Assembly (NCBI GenBank): GCA_002633005.1
Contig: NMRA01000965.1
Location: 48,114 to 86,854 of the forward strand
DNA from: Phoronis australis
Taxonomy: Eukaryota > Animalia > Phoronida
Direction of reading: 5' to 3'
Length of the DNA stretch: 38,741 nucleotides
Shown in pieces: positions 1 through 11,223 of this stretch (positions are counted from its first letter, which is position 1; each line of letters begins with the position of its first letter). The position numbers were made by a program, and so were the translations under genes. The notes beneath the pieces were generated by a model, which saw nothing but the letters and a program-made list of their open reading frames with translations, ran no database searches and was not told the origin of the DNA.

Positions 1-615
1 CAGCCACGCATGCGCAATTCAATCACCACTAGTACAGCAGCGACACCGCGAGGAGAATTCTCCGAATAGCCCCATTCAGGGTTACGTTTGAATCTATGCA
101 CTAGAAAATTTTTGTTATGTTGAACACTGGGTCATTTCTCTCATTTTTTGGGTTACGGCCAGTGGCAAGTTAAAAAATCTTCTGGGTTTGACAGCCTAGT
201 TTCTCCACGGTGCGTTCCCAGCACAGAAGCACGGTTCATCAGCGAAGACTCTACTCCGACGGAATGTAGTTGTCATGTGTCGTGTGCGCGGCTTGTCTTC
301 ACAGCACGTGCATGCACTCTCACCGAATCGTGCAACACCACCCACGTCGACACTCAGCGTCCTCTCGCAAGACACCTGACCTTATATTACCGACTTCTCT
401 TATACATGCACAATTTCTGCACGGACTCCTCAAGCTGAGTGCAATGATGGCTTCGGTAGGGCTTGGCGTACTCAACTTAATTTTTTGCAGATAGACAAAC
501 AGGCTCAGGCTCGGAACAGGAGCTAGTTCACCATTTCACTACCAACTTTCACATGGTCAAAAATAGAATTATTTTATTCTTGGTCTTGCTACAACACCAA
601 TATCAGCTGGTACAG

Positions 616-1101
616 CACTCAGGATTGCCCGGTTACGCAATGCTTGTTGACAGGGTTTGATTAGAGCTAGTGTCCTTTTATATATTATTTTTTTGTGTGT
701 ATCCAACTACCTTAAAATGTATTATTGTTAAATCTTCAACGATAACAAAGAAACCGGTTGTTGAAGCCGCCAGAAATGAGACTCACTTTTATGTGTGATT
801 AAATTTTGCTGAAAACTCCTTAGGTAGGTGGATACACAAAAAAATTAATTTTGACTGTTTTTTTACATTTTTATGTCGTCCTAATCTTTAATTCTTGATG
901 CACAGTATACTGAAGAAAAATAAAATCATTCTGAAAATCCAAAGTTGTTTTTTAGCTATATTTGACCAAACCTCAGTAAGTCATATGGCTCGAGTGCTCA
1001 CCAGCTCAGTGATTGACAACTGGGGCGGAGCTTATATACAAGGACACTAGCTCTAATCTAACCCTGTCAACAAGCATTGCGTAACCGGGCAATCGAGAGT
1101 G
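616..1101. mobile_element. MITE with ~65-bp terminal inverted repeats
   Basis: CACTCAGGATTGCCCGGTTACGCAATGCTTGTTGACAGGG...AGAGCTAGTGTCCTT (616-~684) is the near-perfect reverse complement of ~1033-1101. Interior is AT-rich and non-coding. TTAA follows the right end only; no clean TSD. Confidence 0.85.
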
Positions 1102-1382
1102 TTAAGAATTAGTCAAATTTTAACCAGAATTGGCCGTTTAACTTATAATCACCAGTAGCTCCCGAGGAGTATCGGTACGAGTACTAAGGATTAGGTACAA
1201 CCATGACTTTTACAAAATTGTATGAAAACAGCGGACGTGGAATGTTTCAGAGTAAAAAATTATAGGTGCATTCCCAACACTGTTTTGGAGGAGGGCTGCG
1301 AAATGCGAAACCAGGTCAAAAAGAGATATCTATACGATAAAAAGAGTTTGATCACTAATGTACATTTATGAAGACGTCAAAA

Positions 1383-2520
1383 GTAGAACGAGAAGACAAT
1401 GAGGAAGACTACACCGCATAGGCGGATTTAGGGGGTGGGGGGGAGGGCAGGGGGCCCGGTACCCCCTTGGCTGCCGCAAAAGACATAAAACAGCAAAAGA
1501 GTGAGAAAATATTGAGTTCATTAATTAAGTCCGGTAATTAATTAACATGAAGCTGAAGGAGGGGGGGGGGGGCCTCAGACCCGATTGTAAGTGTCCGACT
1601 GAGACCGCCGGCGCAATCGCTTTCCGTTTTTTTTAGTCTTCGATTCGTTGTTTTGATAGAAGGTCCACAACATGCTTGAAACTTCGAGCCCCCTACCTTT
1701 TAGGCTGCGGGCCTGCATGCAATCGTGCTTTGCGCATTTGCCGGGACAAAATTTTGCCCCTTCCTCATGATATCCTAGATCCGCCACTGCACCGAGAGAA
1801 AAGAGTACAAACGGGATATACGTGTACGTGTAGAGACGGATTTAGCACGGGAATACAGTGGAATAAAAGAAACATAGGATGTCACATCACGCGTGATCGA
1901 TGCTTTGAAAACAACAGGGAAGTCAAGACACCTGGGTCAAGTTTAATAGTATCTAGCAGATGGTCCGTTCCTCTTAGAAAACATAGTGCTGTTACTGCTT
2001 TTAGATGTGGCAGAATTTTTGCCCTCGACAACACCGTAACACTAAGGTACTCGAACGACATTGTAAAGTTTTGACGGATCGGATACATACTTTTTCACGG
2101 AAAATTTTTGAGATTCATGGATATCGGAATGAAATGTGGAGGAGACTCATTAGAAGTGAAAATAAACTTTGCCGTGCCAAACGTTAAGCAACTGCCTACG
2201 TCATAAATCCTGGAATTGTTCATGAACGTGTTGCTATCGCTCCCAATGCCAGTGCGTGTCATTTGAGCTTTGACGGCAAGAAGATAAATGTCGGGAAAAC
2301 GGCTACGAAGATGAACCGAATTTGGAAGACGGACAACAAAGACTTAAACAGGAAAGTGAGAGTATAGAGGAACTGAGAAATTTGTTACAACTGCAGTTCA
2401 TTAGGGGCAACAATTTAAAGAATGTGTCACTGAGATTAGAATTGTTAGTTCCACTAAGAACGGGCGTGAACTGGCACTGGAGGAATTTAAGGAGATGGGC
2501 GGTCCTACATGCCAAATGCG
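1383..2520 (+). pseudogene. degenerate transposase-like ORF of unidentified family, interrupted by a MITE
   Basis: Manual translation across frameshifts and stops gives ...ENIVLLLLLDVAEF..NTVTLRYSNDIVKF*RIGYILFHGKFLRFM...KINFAVPNVK...NPGIV...CHLSFDGKKINVGK..GYEDEPNLEDGQQRLKQE. The frame reads through (EEDYT-ERKEYKR) once the 1417-1789 insert and one TSD copy are removed. Confidence 0.6.
1417..1789. mobile_element. hAT-like MITE (CAGTGGCGGAT family) with 5-bp TSD CACCG
   Basis: Left end CATAGGCGGATTTAGG, right end CCTAGATCCGCCACTG. CACCG at 1412-1416 and 1790-1794. G-rich subterminal tract. Contains a fragment of the CATGCGC family (~1650-1719). Confidence 0.85.
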
Positions 2521-3830
2521 GAAATCGGTGTAATGAGTCATTCTCGTACAAAACCTTGTGGTTTGTTGTGTACAAATTTTATATTTCCTCCTGTTCGAAC
2601 TCGTTGCAACAATCGGACAGTAAGTTTTTGTGCCAGGAATCCGATTGCAGAGTCATTTGACAGTATCAAGATAGTAAAACTCGAGTATGACAAGTCCGTA
2701 CTGACATTTTGAGAGTAGGTGTCATAAAATGCTACATAACTTAAACTACAAATTACAAATATCAACTACACTTCTCATGTACGTTGTCTATGGTCTCATG
2801 GTGGTACTCAAACACAAAAAATGACCCAAACAAAAACTCGAAGTTTATCGTCGTGTTCACAATCAGTGAAATATCTTGAGCATAGTCAGTATAGGGACCC
2901 TATTAATGACCCACATTCCACGACTACTCTTCCACTGAGTGCATGCCAACTGTTTCATTGCAAAAAGGTATGTGTAGCGAAGTAAACGATCTCCTAAAGT
3001 ACACCTTGTGGGGGAATTTTTGGCGATTTTGGTCATCACGACGCCGTACTCCTCATGACCAGTCCAAACACGTAGTACAGGTCCCCACACTGTGAGCAGT
3101 TGATCGCCGGAATGACAGTCAACAACTAAGTAGTTTCCTCAAGGAACATTACTAATTAGACACATCGCCGACTTTAGGGATCATTGTCGATTGATAACGC
3201 AATTACTACCCAAAACAATCGTGTCAGGTAAACAAAGCACCTTACCAACCGGCCAACACATTGAACAGCGGCGTGGATCTGTGATAGGGCGAAATCGTTT
3301 CACTCACGGTGAACCAAAAATTTTCACCCCTGTAAAACGCCATAAAACTAGCTACGTTTCGTACTAAATCTGACAACGATAAACTTACCGAACTCTGTGG
3401 TTGAAAAACATTTATTTTTTTATGTAAGATGTCCTGATTATCCACTAACAATATCCCCGACTTACAATATATTGCTGTGGCAATGGTCGATCCCACTGTT
3501 TGCGTGCAAGGTCACTGCATACGATCGCGACTTAGAAATGTCGCCAATTAACGGTGTGTGTGAATGTACGTCTCGTTTTAATCGCAAAAACAAGCGTAAA
3601 GATGACAACGTTTGGCTATTACTTGCCAAACGACGGTCATAACAGCAAAGTAATCACAAGTCGGCAAGAAATTCTCAAGCCCTTGTTTGTGGGGCAGCAC
3701 GTAACAGTAATACAAACCGCCAATGGGTATATCCAGACTAGCACTAACAGTTTGTACAGTTTGTCAGCATGTATACAACCACAGTACGACATGGTAAGCC
3801 TTGTAGTAAGTATCCAAACTCCTAACATAC

Positions 3831-4637
3831 GGATTGTTCTAAAACCCCCTCGACCCCCATAACCCCTCAACCCACAACCCCTCGACACACGACCCACGAT
3901 CACCTCGATTCACGACCCCCTAGACCCACGACCTGTGGCAATAGAATAATTTTTGCGCTTTATACTTATTTATAATCTTATTACGTCGCTTAGTGGCTTT
4001 CCTTGACATACGCACACCCAGCCTAAAATATAGGGGGCTTCAATTTTTTAGTATGTGGAACTTTTACTGAAAAAGATGGGGACTAAAAAATAAAGAAAAC
4101 AAAAAAAACGGGGTACTACGTTCAGACCTATGAATTGTACATCCGTGCCGAATTGCTGTGTACTTTTGTCTCGTTTACTCGGACTTTCTGTTTCTCTGAG
4201 GCGGACCTTTTTGCCCACTTCGCCAAATGTGGGGGGGGGGGCGTTCGAAGGCCCGGCTGTAGTGGCGGTCTAATGCGCCAAACTGAAAAATGGTTCTTGA
4301 TTCTGCCCATCGTCGGCATTCCTTTGCTACTATGGGACGAAAGGAGCATCGGCCTGTTTTCAGTGCTTGGGAGGTCCGTCTGCCGTTTCTCTCAGAAAAG
4401 ATGCCTTGTTCCTGGTTCGATTATATACGCCTTGTTTACATGATGCGTTTGAAAAGTGTGGTTGTTTGCTGCTAGTTGTGCTGGTTTATACAGCTGTACA
4501 GACCCAGCGAAGCCGAAGGTGAGTCGATAACCTGACGGAGTCAAACCCAGCTTTGGATCGAGGGGATCGCGGGTCGAGGGGGTTGTGGGTCGAGGAGGTA
4601 GAGGGTCTAGGAGGTCGAGGGGGTTTTAGAACAGGCT
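3831..4637. mobile_element. non-autonomous DNA element with TIRs and subterminal tandem repeats (foldback-like)
   Basis: TGTTCTAAAACCCCCTCGACC on the left is mirrored by GGTCGAGGGGGTTTTAGAACA on the right. CTCGACC/CACGACC-type repeats (3843-3932) are inverted at 4555-4625. ATAC flanks both ends, but exact ends and TSD are ambiguous. Confidence 0.8.
4007..4250. mobile_element. partial CATGCGCGCACCCAG-family MITE nested in the 3831-4637 element
   Basis: CATACGCACACCCAGCCTAAAATATAGGGGGCTTCAATTT... matches the copies at 13714 and 12367 and the reverse complement of 13456-13696 (shared GTTTCTCTGAGGC...CCTTTTTGCCCACTTCG). Confidence 0.8.
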
Positions 4638-7488
4638 ATACACCCGAAACGTTCGGGTTAACGCCCAAGTTCACTTAACCTCGCTTTAAGCGCTCACTGC
4701 TCGGTTTAGCGACCCTCTGGATTTTTTTTTTAAATTTCCAGTTAAGCACACTCCTCTCAGTTAAGTGCCCATTCCCGACTTTGAAAGATTGAAGATTAAG
4801 CGCCCATTGCTAAGGAATCGCGCGATTCCCCGACTTTTAATAAAGATCGTTGATAACAATTAGAGCAACAACGGCCTCCAAGACGGCGGTTTGGCAATGT
4901 CAATTATAATACAACAAGTAAGAAATTGTCGTCGCGGATCATCATGGATTTGCTTCACAAAAATTTTTTTGAACGTTTTGTCATTTTACTTTCTTCCCAT
5001 GTTTCCGATTTTTAAGAACCTCACCGGCTTGAATACCTCCGCTTTCAACGATGCTGTCTGCCACGCTAAGTTTTCGTCAACAGGGAACTAGATAAAAACA
5101 TAATGTCGAAAAAATTAGGCTAGAGAAGTGTGACAGTGCTTTAGCCAACCCTCCAAATTCGCTTTCGGTGGGAAGCTCTCGGATTTTAAAGAACTCCCAT
5201 AACTCACGAAAAGATGTCAAATTCGTGACACAAGTTTTTGTGCTTTAAATTTAAATCATGATTATTGCTGCCATTTTGCTTCTTACTTTGAATTCAAACT
5301 CAATATAAGTGTTTATAGGTTTTATAGATCATTGGATCAAGTAAATTATAGTTTACGTACACCAGTTTCTTTTCTAAATAGTGCTGTAAAAGGTTCGCCA
5401 TGCCTTTTTGTATGGCACCTGGTTGCTCAAACTCTTCGAAAAAGGTGTCTTCTAAAGGGATGTTCATCACATACCATCGCCGTGTTACCCAAGCCTTGGC
5501 CCAAAGCTGTATACTAAATATAGGGCTACAGGTTTGAGCCGATATGGGTAAAAATGAACAAATAAAATCCTCGAGTAAACCAAGGAATCAGGTTCCTAGA
5601 GTAAAATAAATTCAGTATTTACCGGGGTTGGAAAAGTTAGCGACCTTTCATCGGCTGCTGCTAAAATTGTGATGTGTTCTCTTGAGTCGGCTTTTTGCGA
5701 TTACGTCACCTGAAATTTACCAGTTTCTTTTCCCCCGATTCTTATTAAGTGTTGTCGCTTCCGGTACCTAGGTTGCATACAGGTTACAACAAACTTTCGG
5801 AACTTGTTTCATTTTGTTACAAGTTTTTAGTATTTTTATACCAGCAAACCGAATTTCCGGTGCTCGAAGCTGTCATCATGTCCCGAAAGACGTCTCGAAT
5901 TTTAGGAAATGGCGCGTGCGCCGTGTCACGAGCGTGGTGTTTTTGAAACGGACGACACTTCTTTGTTACAAACGGCGGCAAATTATGCTACCAGATGACG
6001 TTTATTTGATCGTTTTCCACTTAAACGGCTGCAACGAACAATGTGAGTGTCGGTGACATCCTGATTTTACATGCGCCCCCGCCGGTCCGTTTGCTTTATA
6101 TGTTGATGTAGCCTAAGGTTTACGACGAGGTGACGAGCATAAGTCAACTATACCCGTGTAGTCAACGGCTGGTTGAAATTTCGAGGTTAACGGAGCTCAA
6201 CACACAGTGGTATGATAGTCTTCATACAGCTGTAGTCCGTAACTTACCAACCCTTCAAGTTTACAGAGCTGAGTATTGGCTGGCAGCTGGCTGACTGGCT
6301 GGCTAGAGTCCACATTGCCCACGGCACAGTCACACCGCTGTAAGGACTGGTTGCACCGGCAAATTTTCGTCTGACGATGACGATGACTGGGTATCACTTT
6401 GTGTTGTCTCAGCTCAAACAGGTATCCCTGGTGACTCGACATTTGACACTAAAATTTCTTATTCCGACAATATGAAAAACGCAACTTGACTGCACGCTAA
6501 CACAAGACAATGACTTTGCCCCCGCCAAAAACGTCACGAGAAGCAGCGCTCTAAGCCGGTAAGTTTTTGAGCTTCGTTAGAGAATAAAAGTTTACTTTTT
6601 GTTGTTGAATTATTTGTGAAATTAATCAACAATTCATAGAAAATTATCCAGAATTTGATGAGAATAGTATACAGTTCGCTTTTCAACACATTAGGTGGTT
6701 ATTATGAAAAATTATGACAACTACCATTTTTCTATATTGTCAATGTATACTCACACTGCATAATATTTCAAGACGTTTGAAATAAGATATAATTAAGCAA
6801 TAAGGCCCAAGTTTTAAGCAATCACGGTGCGTCAATAAAACTGTTTGCATGAATGACATGTTCCTAAAATATTCCTCAGGGTCTGACCTTGGAGTTAGGT
6901 GATTCCTACCTGAGCTCGCATGAAGCCATAAGGACGTTGAACCTTGACTTAACGTCTTTGGTCATTTTTCAGACCTCTGAGGGATTTCCCTCTTGTGTGC
7001 AGTAGATGTACTCAGTGTCTTTAACGACGCCAATGCATGCCGAGGGTTGTAACGATGATTCGAGCAACTGAATCTACAACGGTTAGATAATCTAGCTTCT
7101 GCTGCACACCTGCCTCCGAGGCAGACAGACTACTTCGCAGCCTCAGGAGGACACGTTCCACCTTCTTCACGTCCCCTCACTTTTAAGGTTCTCAAATGTC
7201 TCGCTATATTCCTTGTGCATTTACCAAGAGTTTTCAAAGTCGCTTTTCTCGGTAATTTGTAAAAACACGACATTTGATGCGACTGGTAGTGCCAGATAAA
7301 TAGATAAATTCGCAAACCTGCACTTCAGCTTAGCCATTATTCAACTAACGCATATTGTATGCTTTAGTTTGGTATTCAATGAGTTGGATGAACAAAACTA
7401 ATGCAATTTCATATTTTAATGGGAACTGCTTATATCCTTATAATGAATTAAAATCACTTAAGCAAACCAATTCGTTTAATTGTATTAT

Positions 7489-7565
7489 CAGTGGCGGATT
7501 TAGAGGGGGCCAAGGGGGCTATGGCCCCTCTAAAATTCTCCCACATGCCATTTGGCAGTTCGGGA
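7489..7565. mobile_element. one end of a CAGTGGCGGAT-family MITE
   Basis: CAGTGGCGGATTTAGAGGGGGCCAAGGGGGCTATGGCCCCTCTAAAATTCTCCCACATGCCATTTGGCAGTT matches the reverse complement of ~14805-14882. The other end was not found. Confidence 0.75.
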
Positions 7566-7873
7566 GTGTTCCATACTTGTTTCATTCTCAAGTGAAGAAT
7601 GAAACAAGTATGTTTCGAAATATCGTGTGTCTTTTAATTATGTCGCTAGGTCAGTTACTGTATCTATGTTCAGTTGAGAGTAGAGTTTTGTTCCGAAAGT
7701 ATGAACGCAACGGAATAAAGACTGTGAACAATGAAAAGTGTGTGCATTTAACAAATTCTGTATAACCGAAAACTTGCTCCCAAAGTACAGTCACAATTGA
7801 CTATTGTACACGCGTCATTATCGATAGGGGTTCTCCGCCTTAACAAGCATCAATGGTATTGTAGCTTTCTTAA

Positions 7874-8735
7874 AGGCAAAGGCAACCCTTTTCATGTCTT
7901 TTTTAGCAAAAATAAGGTCCGTTGGTTATCACAGACATATTTTCCACTTAATTACAGCTTTTCGTAATTTAGTTAATTACTCGTTCTCTACTCCGGAAGT
8001 GGCAAGCATTTCGCGCCAATTTCTTTTCATATAGTCTGACTGTGAGAGCTGCCGAGTCAGTCATTGTTCTATCTCGGTTGTGATAAGTTCGGTCGTCGTT
8101 TGCTATTGTTTAGGAGTCAGTCAACATGCCACACTGTTGCTGCGTACCGGGATGTTCTCATTATCGTCTCACGGACAGAGGAACAACTGTCCCACTTGCC
8201 CGATTGTACCACTGGATAGTGACCTGAGCACACAAACTGCTTACACCCCGCCGTGTGACTCCCTCGCCAGGTACCTCGCACCTTTTAAATAGCTCCAATA
8301 CTTTAGACAAGTTCAAAATAAACTTATCAAAGTTTGGCTCACCGATCTGTTCATTGAACGACGAACTGTACTCTTCACTGACTGGACCTGTATTCACTCC
8401 CACTGATTACTCAACATCGCAGCAGGGCTGCTTACAGGCTTTGGGCCATAATGAGTGCATCCCGGTACACAGCAACAGTGTGGCATGTTGACTGACTCGT
8501 AAACAAAAGTTATCACAACCGAGGTAGATCAATGACTGACTCGACAGCTCTCACAGTCAGACTATATGAAAAGAAATTGGCGAGAAATTCTTGCCTCCCA
8601 AAACGTCACTTCCGGAGTAGAGAACGAATAATTAATGAAATTACGGAAAGCTGTAATTAAGTTGAAAACATGTCTGCGATAACCAACGAACCTTAGTTTT
8701 GCTAAAACTGACATGAAAAAAGGTTGCCTTCGCCT
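7874..8735. mobile_element. Kolobok-type non-autonomous element, TTAA TSD, ~290-bp TIRs
   Basis: TTAA|AGGCAAAGGCAACC...GGTTGCCTTCGCCT|TTAA (TSDs at 7870-7873 and 8736-8739). 7874-~8165 is the reverse complement of ~8447-8735. AG...CT ends plus TTAA are Kolobok hallmarks. The empty site is seen at 30265-30268. Confidence 0.9.
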
Positions 8736-9250
8736 TTAAATAGCATTACTTAGGCCCGAAATAGGTAATAATTGTCAATTATTTTTGCATAGAAGTCATT
8801 TGATCAACTTAATTGTGAACGGATTTCAAGGAATATTTCATTTATCTGTTGCGTAATTCCCAATTTACTGGCTTCAGGTGTTCTTTTCTCCTAGAATATG
8901 TGTTATCAGATCACCATCATTGGATTTAAACCTTTCAAATCTACTAGAAATGATAAAAACAATTTATTTCGAGTAAATAGTGTTATCCATTAACCACTGT
9001 ATAATTCATAACGAAGAAAAATATACACTGACTCATAAAAGTTGTTGTGGCTGTATTAATAATTAAAATAATTCAGAGAATTTTTGGTATGATACATTTA
9101 GGTTACGGAAAAGGAACAAAAACAAATGTATGGGGTCATTGAAAAATGGCTTATGTGGATGCTACTTGGCACCCTGGTTGTGCCCAGCGTGTCTGTTTTT
9201 ACACAGAGTATGTGAATGTGTACACCTGTCACATTTTATTGTCCCATACA
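8736..9250 (+). repeat. diverged direct duplication, copy A (paralog of 30265-30770)
   Basis: Shared colinear blocks: TTAAATAGCATTACTT, TAATAATTGTCAATTATTTTTGCATAGAAGT, GCGTAATTCCCA, GATTTAAACCTTTCAAAT, GAAAAATATACAC, AAATGGCTTATGTG, TGGCACCCTG, TTTTATTGTC. Confidence 0.9.
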
Positions 9251-9534
9251 TACATGTATGAGGCATTATACATGTACATTACATGTTCATGCGTAAGAGT
9301 GAACGTGTGGCAAACATATCAAAGTCCTTATCTCAAAGGGCATTCTTGTTCAATGCTTAAAAATATATAACAAATTCAGTAATATATAAGGTAGCATAAT
9401 ATTCACATCCTTTCTGTTATCAAGCTAAAAGCCTTTTTAGCACAATTTTGTACCTCGGCCGAGATCGAAAAACCGTCGAATATTCCCGCCTATTTCCGTG
9501 GCCTGAGTTCCTGTGTGCCAGTTCAGGAACGATT

Positions 9535-10293
9535 CCTGAATGCCAGCCATGTTGTCCTTGAAAACGTATTGACATCACCGTGAGGCCTGCTTTCTTTCCT
9601 CCTTTTCTTTTGTAACTTAAGTACTGGATCTCCGTAAACTGTTTCTTTTGCAACTTTGGACGCCTCTTCAGTTTCTGTTGCTATTTCTATGGCTTTATTA
9701 AAAGATAATTTGTCATCTTATTTTGAAAAGGGCTTTCAGGACCGCCTCATTATTAATTGAACAAGTAAATCTAGTTCTCATAGCTTCATCCTGAGAACCC
9801 TTTATTGTTGGAAAATCGCATTTTGCAGCGTCTTGTCGAATACGAGCTGCCAGCTCCTGTATTGTCTCACCTGGCTGTCTTCTTGTGTTAGACCAAAATT
9901 TGAATCGCTCCTGGACTACAAAATACTTCAAATCGAATTGATTCTCCATAAATGTTGTAATTTCATTGATTGTCAATTGATTGATATCCTTGGAAGGTGT
10001 CTGCTGCTCTGCCAAAATTGCAAGCTACTTGTAAACTGTAGACGTCTGATTCATCAAGAAAGTTTGTGAAAGTTTTTCCATAGGTATGGAGTGTGCCCTG
10101 CAAATGTTTGGAATCTGGACCAATAATCCTTCCAGAGTTCCGATGAACTGTCGAACGCACCAAATGTTGGTGTAGATGTCGTTGGTTGGTGCATCAGCCT
10201 TCTAGTGATCATCTCAGCAAAACGCTGATGATTCTCTTGCTGTTGGTTGATTTCTTGTTGTAACAACGAAATAATGCCAGACAACTCACCCAT
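9535..10293 (-). pseudogene. Ty3/Gypsy (Mag-like) gag remnant with frameshifts
   Basis: MGELSGIISLLQQ...FGAFDSSSELWKDYWSRFQTFA... / ...ERFKFWSNTRRQPGETIQELAARIRQDAAKCDF...DEAMRTRFTCSINNEAVLKALFKI / DKLSFNKAIEIATETEEASKVAKETVYG. These are retrotransposon gag motifs (QxxGETIxE...R...CxF). No pol seen. Confidence 0.85.
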
Positions 10294-10302
10294 CTTTTTT
10301 AT

Positions 10303-10320
10303 ATCCTGCCAACTACGTCA
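10303..10320 (-). other. primer-binding site complementary to tRNA-Ser 3' end
   Basis: The + strand ATCCTGCCAACTACGTCA matches the animal tRNA-Ser 3' end ATCCTGCCGACTACGCCA (recalled) at 16/18. It lies between the LTR and the gag ATG. Confidence 0.75.
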
Positions 10321-10329
10321 AACAAAATA

Positions 10330-10448
10330 TGTTATGTTTTTGTAATAGAAAGGAGCAGAAACGTATAAAAGAAATGTAAATATATTGACAGGAATTAAGA
10401 ATGACGTCATAAAAGGATGACTTCATAGAAAACTGTAACATCACAACA
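10330..10448 (-). repeat. short (119-bp) 5' LTR of the Gypsy element
   Basis: TG...CA ends with a 7-bp imperfect inverted repeat (TGTTATG / CACAACA). It sits just upstream of the PBS and precisely truncates the adjacent LINE reading frame. No second LTR was found. Confidence 0.65.
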
Positions 10449-10880
10449 ATTTCGTCGCCTGCAACTTTTTAATAAAGACTTAATCTCAGTTATTCTTGCA
10501 GTGAAGTTCTTATGCGTCATACTATCCAACTGAGAGCCAAAATCCACCCCCAAAAATAAAAAAGAGTGACTTTCTTTTGTAGGAATCACGTCATCACTAC
10601 CAGTTTTACTCCCAAACCATATGGCTTTTGTTTTATCCACATTCACTTGGAGACCGGAGACACTAGTAAACAAATGTAGTACATTCAATGTGCTAGTCAA
10701 TGAAAAATTCGACCCATCTAACGTAATTGATGTGTCGTGCGCATATTGCGGAATCAAATATTCCGTATTTCCTGCAAATACACCAGCAATATTTTTATTA
10801 TTCTTGATTAAATACACCAAAATCTCCGCGCACAATATGAACACGTAGGGAGACAAAGGGTCACCTTGTCTGCAGCCAAC
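10449..10880 (-). pseudogene. L1/Tx1-clade LINE reverse transcriptase fragment
   Basis: GCRQGDPLSPYVFILCAEIL...QYAHDT (degenerate YADD)...SGLQVNVDKTKAIWFG...FLGV...KSCRRRN, which are RT motifs typical of L1/Tx1. Confidence 0.9.
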
Positions 10881-11223
10881 GAAATACTGAACCGGGAAGA
10901 TGGATGACCATTTACGACAACACAAGATTTATACTACTGTAAAACACTTTCACCCACCTCCTGATCGACCAACCAAAGATAAACAATTATCTTAGTCTTC
11001 GACACGTTACCAATAAATTACATTCTCTGAAAATACTCGTATAAAATATTGATTTTTTACATATGAAGCAACGATAATTGTTTCTCTAACAGAGGAGCGC
11101 AAAGTTGATTAATAGCATCATTATAACTGTTAAACCTTCTTCCAGCGAATATCGATCTTACTTTGAATACCGTTAGATATGCGTCTATCGTTTACTGGAA
11201 ATTGTGGGGTCTGACCGGCCGTC

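Noticed and set aside
6973-7045. Pseudo-exon TSEGFPSCVQ*MYS resembling the 32904 exon, with a similar acceptor context
   Set aside because: In-frame stop, and the similarity is too short to distinguish from chance.
7610-7765. Signal-peptide-like short ORF MFRNIVCLLIMSLGQLLYLCSVES...
   Set aside because: No recognisable domain or donor site. It is adjacent to a MITE end and likely chance.
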